From an uncultured bacterium (lineage in GTDB: Bacteria > Verrucomicrobiota > Kiritimatiellia > RFP12 > UBA1067): a stretch of DNA of 64,000 nt. The stretch is from positions 1,049 through 65,048 of the forward strand of contig CADCOC010000010.1 in NCBI GenBank assembly GCA_902802945.1. The letters are read 5' to 3'. Positions 16,526-23,504 of the stretch are shown piece by piece. The position numbers and the translations under genes were made by a program. The notes under the pieces were generated by a model. That model searched no databases. It was not told the DNA's origin and saw only the letters and a program-made list of their open reading frames with translations. Numbering within the stretch: position 1 is the stretch's first letter; each line of letters begins with the position of its first letter.

Positions 16526-17629
16526 ATGTCTAAGTCAATCGTTTATTTCGCCGACTTCCGCTGCTCCGACTCGGAGAACCTCCAGCAGAAGTTCACGCGC
16601 CTCCTCAAAACCGCCGGCCTCGAGAAACTCGGCCTCGACGGGAAGTTCGCCGCCATCAAGACCCACTTCGGCGAGCCCGGCTGCCTCGCGTACCTCCGTC
16701 CGAACTGGGCGAAGACGCTTGTGGACGCCGTCCGCGCGGCGGGCGGGATGCCGTTCCTCACGGACGCGAACACGCTCTACGTGGGCCGCCGCAAGAACGC
16801 GCTCGACCACATCGCCGCCGCCTACGAGAACGGCTTCTCGCCGTTCGCCACGGGTTGTCACGTGATCATCGCGGACGGACTCAAGGGCACGGACGACGTG
16901 TCCATCCCCCTCCCCGACGGCAAGTACGTGAAGGAGGCCTTCATCGGCCGCGCGCTCGTGGACGCCGACGCGATCATCTCCCTCACGCACTTCAAGTGCC
17001 ACGAGATGACCGGCATCGGCGGCGCGCTCAAGAACCTCGGCATGGGCGGCGGTTCGCGCGCCGGCAAGAAGGCCATGCACTCGAGCGTGCATCCGAGCGT
17101 GAACGAGGACGCCTGCATCGGCTGCGGCAAGTGTACGCGCGAGTGCGCGCACGGCGCCTGCACCGTGACGAACCGCAAGGCACACATCGACCCCGCGAAG
17201 TGCGTGGGGTGCGGACGCTGCATCGGCGCGTGCAACCGCGACGCGATCCAGAGCGATTTCGGCGAGCCCTGCACCGTGATGCAGGGCAAGATCGCGGAGT
17301 ACGCGGCCGCCGTCGTGCGCGGCAAGCCCGCGCTGCACGTCTCCTTCATCTGCGACGTGTCGCCCCACTGCGACTGCCACCCGATGAACGACTACCCGCT
17401 CATCCCCGACCTCGGCATCGCCGTCTCCACCGACCCCGTCGCCCTCGACCAGGCCTGCACCGACCTCTGCAACGCCGCGCCGATCATGCCCGGCTGCGCG
17501 CTCGACGGCGTGGACGTGAAGGGCGACATCTTCACCGCCATGCACCCGACCACGCGCTGGCAGGACGCCATCGCCGAAGGCGTACGCATGAAGCTTGGTT
17601 CTGCCGATTATTCACTGGTGCGCATCTAA
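16526..17629 (+). CDS. DUF362-family protein with two 4Fe-4S ferredoxin-type clusters
   Basis: Motifs CIGCGKCTRECAHGAC and CVGCGRCIGACNRDAI. The overall layout (N-terminal DUF362-like region, internal ferredoxin domain) is recalled from this family. Confidence 0.75.
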   Translation: MSKSIVYFADFRCSDSENLQQKFTRLLKTAGLEKLGLDGKFAAIKTHFGEPGCLAYLRPNWAKTLVDAVRAAGGMPFLTDANTLYVGRRKNALDHIAAAYENGFSPFATGCHVIIADGLKGTDDVSIPLPDGKYVKEAFIGRALVDADAIISLTHFKCHEMTGIGGALKNLGMGGGSRAGKKAMHSSVHPSVNEDACIGCGKCTRECAHGACTVTNRKAHIDPAKCVGCGRCIGACNRDAIQSDFGEPCTVMQGKIAEYAAAVVRGKPALHVSFICDVSPHCDCHPMNDYPLIPDLGIAVSTDPVALDQACTDLCNAAPIMPGCALDGVDVKGDIFTAMHPTTRWQDAIAEGVRMKLGSADYSLVRI

Positions 17630-17642
17630 GAGTCTTGCCATT

Positions 17643-18488
17643 ATGTCCACCCTCCCGCAGAAGATGATCGTGATTTCCGGATCGGGCGCGTATCCGCGCC
17701 TGATCGTGGAGGGCGCGCACGCGGCGGGGGTGCGTCAGGTGGACGTCCTCGCGGTGCGCGGTTCCACCGCCCGCGCCACGGTGAAGGCGGCGGACAATGT
17801 CCACGTCATCAACATCGGCGGCATCGCCGCCGGTCTCCGCTGGGTGGCCGCGCAGGGGTACGACGGCGCGTGCTTCGCCGGACAGATCAACCCGCTTTCC
17901 CTCTTCACGGCGCGCTTCGACGCCGAGACGAAGGGCTGGCTCGACTCGCTCTCCGTCAAGAACGCCCACACCGTGTACGGCAAGCTCGCCTACGAGTTCG
18001 AGGCCGCCGGCGTGAAGGTGTTCCCCGCCTCGTCGTTCATGGACGGACACCTGCCCGGCGTGGGTGCGCTCACCAACCGCGCGCTCACCGACCGCGAAGC
18101 GTCCGACGTGGCACACGGCGCGGCCGTGATGCGCGACATGGGCCGTCACGATGTGGGCCAGACCGTGCTCGTGAAGGAGGGCATGGTGCTTGCCGTGGAG
18201 GCGTTCGAGGGCACGAACGCGGCGATCAAGCGCGGCGGCAAGCTCGGCGGCAAGGGCGCGGTGATCGTGAAGGGCGCGCGCGAAGGTCACGACATGCGCT
18301 TCGACATCCCCGTGGTGGGCCTCAAGACCCTCAAGGTGATGAAGTCCGCCGGAGTGACGGCACTTGCCTTCCAGGCGGGGCGTCTCGTCCTCCTCGACCG
18401 CGAGGCGGTCATCGCCTACGCCAACAAACACAACATCGCCCTCGTCGGCATCGAAACCGACCTCCCCCCGGCGCCGCTGCGGCCGTGA
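17643..18488 (+). CDS. lpxI: UDP-2,3-diacylglucosamine diphosphatase LpxI family (DUF1009)
   Basis: ATG 17643 (MSTLPQKMIVISGSGAYP). Motifs VGQTVLVKEGMVLAVEAFEGTNAAIKRGG and GAVIVKGAREGHDMRFDIPVVG. Confidence 0.75.
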   Translation: MSTLPQKMIVISGSGAYPRLIVEGAHAAGVRQVDVLAVRGSTARATVKAADNVHVINIGGIAAGLRWVAAQGYDGACFAGQINPLSLFTARFDAETKGWLDSLSVKNAHTVYGKLAYEFEAAGVKVFPASSFMDGHLPGVGALTNRALTDREASDVAHGAAVMRDMGRHDVGQTVLVKEGMVLAVEAFEGTNAAIKRGGKLGGKGAVIVKGAREGHDMRFDIPVVGLKTLKVMKSAGVTALAFQAGRLVLLDREAVIAYANKHNIALVGIETDLPPAPLRP

Positions 18489-18534
18489 TCTGTTTTTGCC
18501 CATGATCTGTTTTTGAAAGTAAAGGGGGGCCGAA

Positions 18535-21500
18535 GTGCTTAAAATTTTTGTAGAGTTTGCCGCTTACGGTGTTGCCGCGATTCTGGCGGCGGTGTGTATT
18601 TTTGTCTGGGCGTGGAAGTGGAGCGGTTGGTCATGGTCTGTTGTGTCGCGGCAGCTGCGGCGCTCGGTGCTCGCGGTGATGGTCGTACTGGCCGTCGTCG
18701 CCACCATTGAAGCGCAGAAACGTTCCGGGAACGAAGCGACAGGAGTGTCGCTTCCCCGAGAAGAGCCACCCGTCGGGGAAGCGGCACTCTTGCCGCTTCC
18801 CGCCACCAACACCCTCCACTTCTCCACCATCGCCGTACCCACGAGCGGTACAGTTACGCTCACGGCCGCATGGCCCGAGAACTTCCTCACAGCGGGCCAG
18901 ACACTCGACATTCTGAGGAAAGAAGACCTCCGCGACGAGACGTGGATATGGCTCACGAACGGAGTTGTAGAGGCTGGCTCGACCAACATGACATGGACAA
19001 TCGAGAACCAGTCTCCGTCCAACTCATTCTACAAGGCCGTCGTGCGCGAATCGCTCACGGATATGGACGACCCCGACGGCGACGGGTTACCGAACGTCTA
19101 CGAACTCGCACATGGCATGAATCCGTGGCTGAACGACTACGCCCACGTACAAAAATTGACAGTTGGACCGAACGGCGAGTTTGGCGACATCTTTTCTGCG
19201 CTCGCGGAAAGCGAGGAGTATTCAATCATTGCTGTTACGTCTGGCACTTATCAAGTCAATGGTGGCGTCCAGATGCCTCCCCATCCCGTGATGGTTACGT
19301 GTGAAGACGGCTACGCAGTGTTCAGCGGCACGTCCCCAACGGCGATGTTCCTTCTCGGAAACGGACACGATAGCGGACATACGCTCTTCCGGAATCTGTA
19401 CCTGAACCTGACCTCGACAAGCGGCATGCAGGCCGGGTTCTGGTGCGGAGGGGGTTTGCCATGGGAAACGCCAGGCGCGTCGGCCGTGTTTGAGAACGTT
19501 CACATCCGTGCGCCGAATCCCGGCGTGGAGTATTTCGGTTGGCTGTTCTACGCCCCGTGTGACGCGCCCTCTGTGATCAAGGGGTGTTGCGTCAACGCTT
19601 CCGGCGCTGAATGGATTTATGCGGTTTTCGGTGACAACCCGCCGCCGGTTGTGGTAGAATCATGCACGTTCGTGAACTTCCCTGTCCAAAGCGATTATCA
19701 GAGCGCGGCCGTCGGACTGCGTTCCACGTATGCGAACGGCGCGATTACCTCCACGCCGCCCGTGATGGTGTCGCGTACCCTGTTTGACGCATCCTTCACC
19801 AACGCCTGGCCGCTCGCGCGCTTTGAGAACGCTGGAGATTTCCCAGTGACGATGACGGACTGCATTATTCCGTCCGCGCCAGTCTCGCCCGACTTCATGC
19901 CGAACGTTACCAATAATATGCACATCGTCACGTCGCAAGTCGCCTGGGCGGGATTCCCGCTCGCGGACTCGCCCGCCGTCGCCCTCGGTATCGGCGCGTT
20001 CGCGCCCCTTGCCAACGACCCGCTTGCAGATATGGACAATGACGGGATTTCTGACTACGAGGAGGTATTTGATTACGGTACGGATCCGTTTCTAAAGGAC
20101 TCGGACAACGACGGTATCTTGGATGACGTTGAAATCTTTGTCGACCATACGGACCCAAGCAATCCTTATTCGTTCAAACAAAATTTGACCGTGGCCGTGA
20201 CGAACAAGGCTTCGGCCGCATACGCGGTCTACACAGCATGGGGTATTTCGAATGTCGGGTGGGAGGCAAACGGCTTGGTAGCCTTCCCCGAAGGATTTGG
20301 CACGACCAACTACGTAGACGCCTCGTCACAGGGTGCGACGCACGTCAAGGCATTCTGTGATCTCAATGGGAACGGGACGTTTGATGCGGATTACGACATT
20401 CTGCGCGTGCGCTCCATCCCCCCTGGCAGTACGGCACGGGTGGACTTCGTTTTCGGCGATGTCGACGACGACGGTGTATCCGATGCGCAGGAACGCCAGC
20501 AGGGAACAGACCCGTATGACGGCAACAATTTTAGGTTGGTCGCGACGGTGAAAATTGAATCTTCCGACGTGGTGCCTAGCCTGACCAATTTTGTGGCATG
20601 GGGTTATTCAGCCGTTGGCTGGGAGCCGAACGACCTCGCGCGGTTCGCGGGAACTTCCCTGACGTTTCCGGTCAATGCGTCAGTCATAGGCGGTGAACTT
20701 TTTGTAAAGGTATTTCGCGACTTCAACGCGAACGGGGTCTACGATGTGGATGTGGACGCGCTCGTCTCAAATCGGCTGACGCGGGCGGATAATGGAAAGA
20801 CAGTGACGTTCAACATCGGCGATAGCGATGGAGACAAAATATCCGACAGTGTCGAGCTGGCTGAAGGTACGAATCCCCTCGACAAGCGTAATTACTGCTT
20901 CAACCTGTCGCTGACGTACACGGACGTGTTCCAGACGACGAACGCGCTTACCTTTGCGGCTTCGTTCGGGACGAATCGCGTGTACGGTCCGTGCGTTGTG
21001 GAGGGGAACGTCTGGAGCAACGACTTCGGACACTGTTCTACGACAACAAAGGAGCAGATTTCAGTGGACATGTGGGACGACATGAACCAGAACGGCGAAT
21101 GGGACTCGGGCGAGACAAGCAACAAGTACGTGATCGTAGTCACCGGTCATAACATGGTTGAGACGAATAAGCTGGCTTACAAGAACTTTGACCGCAACAA
21201 CAATGAACTGCCCGACTGGTGGGAGGCGCAGACAGGGCTTAGCAGTGTAACCAATGGTGGTGCTTATGTGGACACTGACGGAGACGGACTGATCAACCTG
21301 TACGAATATTGCTATGGATTCAATCCGCTTGTTTCGGACGCGATGAACACACTGCCCGCTGTGACGACGCGTACAACCAATGTGATGCTTGCTGATGCCG
21401 GAAAGCCGGCAGTTTCCCTACCGAAGTTCATTAACTACCTCTCAAACGGCCAGAACGGCCTCTTTGTTACAAACGCGCATTTCTGGGCGCGTGGATTGGA

Positions 21501-22173
21501 CACGTCATGTGTCAGCATGTGGAATTCATTTGATGGGAAAAAACGTGGTGGAACATTGATTAGTGCCCGTCACATTATTTTTGCCCATCATTTTCCACTG
21601 AGTCCAAATGACAAAGTGATATTCCTAGGAACGGATTCGACGGTTCATACAAACACAATTCTTGCAACGCAACGAGTGGCAGGAACAGATATCCGCATTG
21701 CGGCCTTACAGACCGAAGTTGATACAACCATCATCCATCCTGCAAAGATACTTCCTCCAGATTATGCCGACTACATTGGAATTGGTCAATATCTGCCAGT
21801 TCTACGCTTTGACCAAGACGAAAGATTTCTTGTTAGCGAAATATCCCAAGAAATACCGTTCTTCGCATCGGCGCAGTCCGAGTCCGAGGAGTCAATCATG
21901 ATGACATCGCCATCGTCTGAATTGTGGAGATCTTTTTATTCGCCCATCCGCAATCTTGATTCAGGTAATCCTTTCTTTCTGCTCGCCGGCAACGAGATTG
22001 TCTTGCTGGGTACACTTCATTGGCGATGGAACGGCTATTCTTCGTGTAGCGGCCCGTTCGTGACCACATACGCACAAGATATCCAGGATGCGATGGATAC
22101 GCTTGCGCCTGGTTATTCGTTATCGTATTTAGACTGTTCACCTTATGACAAATTACAGGAGGTGCCGAGATGA
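18535..22173 (+). CDS. very large secreted protein with thrombospondin type-3-like Ca-binding repeats and a C-terminal trypsin-fold-like domain
   Basis: Repeats DPDGDGLPNVYE, DMDNDGISDYEE, DSDNDGILDD, DVDDDGVSDAQE, DSDGDKISDS and DTDGDGLINLYEY. C-terminal H/D/S candidates TLISARHIIFAHH, DIRIAAL and LDSGNPFFLL have chymotrypsin-like spacing. Start may be GTG 18535 or GTG 18643 (MSRQLRRSVLAVMVVLAVVATIEA). Confidence 0.7.
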   Translation: MLKIFVEFAAYGVAAILAAVCIFVWAWKWSGWSWSVVSRQLRRSVLAVMVVLAVVATIEAQKRSGNEATGVSLPREEPPVGEAALLPLPATNTLHFSTIAVPTSGTVTLTAAWPENFLTAGQTLDILRKEDLRDETWIWLTNGVVEAGSTNMTWTIENQSPSNSFYKAVVRESLTDMDDPDGDGLPNVYELAHGMNPWLNDYAHVQKLTVGPNGEFGDIFSALAESEEYSIIAVTSGTYQVNGGVQMPPHPVMVTCEDGYAVFSGTSPTAMFLLGNGHDSGHTLFRNLYLNLTSTSGMQAGFWCGGGLPWETPGASAVFENVHIRAPNPGVEYFGWLFYAPCDAPSVIKGCCVNASGAEWIYAVFGDNPPPVVVESCTFVNFPVQSDYQSAAVGLRSTYANGAITSTPPVMVSRTLFDASFTNAWPLARFENAGDFPVTMTDCIIPSAPVSPDFMPNVTNNMHIVTSQVAWAGFPLADSPAVALGIGAFAPLANDPLADMDNDGISDYEEVFDYGTDPFLKDSDNDGILDDVEIFVDHTDPSNPYSFKQNLTVAVTNKASAAYAVYTAWGISNVGWEANGLVAFPEGFGTTNYVDASSQGATHVKAFCDLNGNGTFDADYDILRVRSIPPGSTARVDFVFGDVDDDGVSDAQERQQGTDPYDGNNFRLVATVKIESSDVVPSLTNFVAWGYSAVGWEPNDLARFAGTSLTFPVNASVIGGELFVKVFRDFNANGVYDVDVDALVSNRLTRADNGKTVTFNIGDSDGDKISDSVELAEGTNPLDKRNYCFNLSLTYTDVFQTTNALTFAASFGTNRVYGPCVVEGNVWSNDFGHCSTTTKEQISVDMWDDMNQNGEWDSGETSNKYVIVVTGHNMVETNKLAYKNFDRNNNELPDWWEAQTGLSSVTNGGAYVDTDGDGLINLYEYCYGFNPLVSDAMNTLPAVTTRTTNVMLADAGKPAVSLPKFINYLSNGQNGLFVTNAHFWARGLDTSCVSMWNSFDGKKRGGTLISARHIIFAHHFPLSPNDKVIFLGTDSTVHTNTILATQRVAGTDIRIAALQTEVDTTIIHPAKILPPDYADYIGIGQYLPVLRFDQDERFLVSEISQEIPFFASAQSESEESIMMTSPSSELWRSFYSPIRNLDSGNPFFLLAGNEIVLLGTLHWRWNGYSSCSGPFVTTYAQDIQDAMDTLAPGYSLSYLDCSPYDKLQEVPR
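18721..18801. repeat. in-frame composite palindromic mini-element (three palindromes)
   Basis: CGTTCC-G-GGAACG (18721-18733). GAAGCGACA-GGAG-TGTCGCTTC (18733-18754). GGGAAGCGGCA-CTCT-TGCCGCTTCCC (18775-18801). The last two are an inverted pair around CCCCGAG...CCGTCGGGG. Confidence 0.85.
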
Positions 22174-22880
22174 AGATTCCACGAAGCGATCTGGTGAAAC
22201 GGATGCTTTTGATAGCGTTCTCGAGCCTTGTTGTCTGCCTCGCCAATGCGGCAAATGTCATCTGGCGTGAAGGTTACGAAGGACAACGATTCGGATGGGC
22301 CGATTGGACAGGATGGGGAGGCCCTTCGGATGCTTGGGGGCTTGGAATCTCAGAAGTCGTTGGAGGAAGGTATTTTGAGGTTTATTTCTGGATGGAGACG
22401 CTTGTAGATGATGGAGGGACTTCGGTTCGCATTCATGCGTCAGATTTCTTGGCCGACATCCCTTTTGATCCTAATTATACAGGTTTCGTTCCCGTAAACG
22501 TTATTCAGGCGGAGGCGGGCGGCATCATCAGCGCGGCGAATACGAAGGGGCGTGACAATCGATATTTCTTTGCCAATGGTACCGATGTAGGCGACGAGTT
22601 GCGACGCGATTACGATATCATAATTCCACTTGAAGGTGATCGGAGATTCTACTTCGGACTCAGCATAGAAATGGATCCCAATCGTCTATATGGTTGGGTG
22701 GAGGCACAGGCGAACGAGAACGGCGAACTTTCGTCTTTGGCCTATGCTATCGACCTTGACGGCGGGCCTATGATCGTGGGGGGCGGCCCGGCTATTCCCG
22801 AGCCGTCGGCGGCGGTGCTGCTGCTCGTGGGCGGCGCGCTGCTGGCGTTAAGACGGAGGAGAACGAATCCCCGAATATGA
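22170..22880 (+). CDS. PEP-CTERM sorting-domain protein
   Basis: N-terminal signal peptide. C-terminal IPEPSAAVLLLVGGALLALRRRR. ATGA overlap with the upstream gene. Confidence 0.8.
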   Translation: MKIPRSDLVKRMLLIAFSSLVVCLANAANVIWREGYEGQRFGWADWTGWGGPSDAWGLGISEVVGGRYFEVYFWMETLVDDGGTSVRIHASDFLADIPFDPNYTGFVPVNVIQAEAGGIISAANTKGRDNRYFFANGTDVGDELRRDYDIIIPLEGDRRFYFGLSIEMDPNRLYGWVEAQANENGELSSLAYAIDLDGGPMIVGGGPAIPEPSAAVLLLVGGALLALRRRRTNPRI

Positions 22881-23497
22881 ACCTAAGATTGAAGAAAGTT
22901 TTGGCGAGTCTGTTGTGGGGTCTCGCGGTCATCCCAGTCTTTTCTGCAAATGTCGACTGGAACAAGGCATTTGTGGTTTATGAAGGACTGGATTATTCCG
23001 GGGTTTACGAGCAATACACGATGGGAAGCCCTTTTCTGAACATGAAGGCGTTGAGGAATGGCAACGCTCTTGAGATATGGGCGCAGCCAGAGGTGAATCT
23101 TGTGGCGGCAAATACATTTGTCCTACTGAGTAGCGTTTTGATGGAAAGTGTGATTTCACCCGAAATGATTTACGGCTCGTCCGATTACTTTGCCTATGCT
23201 GTCTGTACTGACTCCGTTGGGGGATACGAGGAGAAGGCTGACTATTCGGTGACAATTACTCAAGGCGAATCTGTTTATCTTGGGTTCGCCAGCCAACCGG
23301 CAACACTGACCGATCCTGTCACATGCGGCTGGATTGAGTTAGGCCTTGATGGCGAGGGATATTTGACCGTAATTCAATCGGCCTGGGATCGTGACGGTGA
23401 TCCGATTCGTGTGGGTGCCACCCCTGAACCGTCGTCGGCGCTGCTACTGCTCGTGGGCGGCGCGCTGCTTGCACTGCGGCGGCGGGCTTTGGTATAA
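22877..23497 (+). CDS. PEP-CTERM sorting-domain protein
   Basis: N-terminal signal peptide. C-terminal TPEPSSALLLLVGGALLALRRR. ATGA overlap with the upstream gene. Confidence 0.8.
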   Translation: MNLRLKKVLASLLWGLAVIPVFSANVDWNKAFVVYEGLDYSGVYEQYTMGSPFLNMKALRNGNALEIWAQPEVNLVAANTFVLLSSVLMESVISPEMIYGSSDYFAYAVCTDSVGGYEEKADYSVTITQGESVYLGFASQPATLTDPVTCGWIELGLDGEGYLTVIQSAWDRDGDPIRVGATPEPSSALLLLVGGALLALRRRALV

Positions 23498-23498
23498 T
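23490..23498 (+). promoter_or_regulatory. extended -10 box TGgTATAAT, 6 nt upstream of ATG 23505 (leaderless-type arrangement)
   Basis: Sequence tggtataat, then gtgggc, then ATG. It overlaps the stop codon of the upstream gene. Confidence 0.5.
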
Positions 23499-23504
23499 GT
23501 GGGC

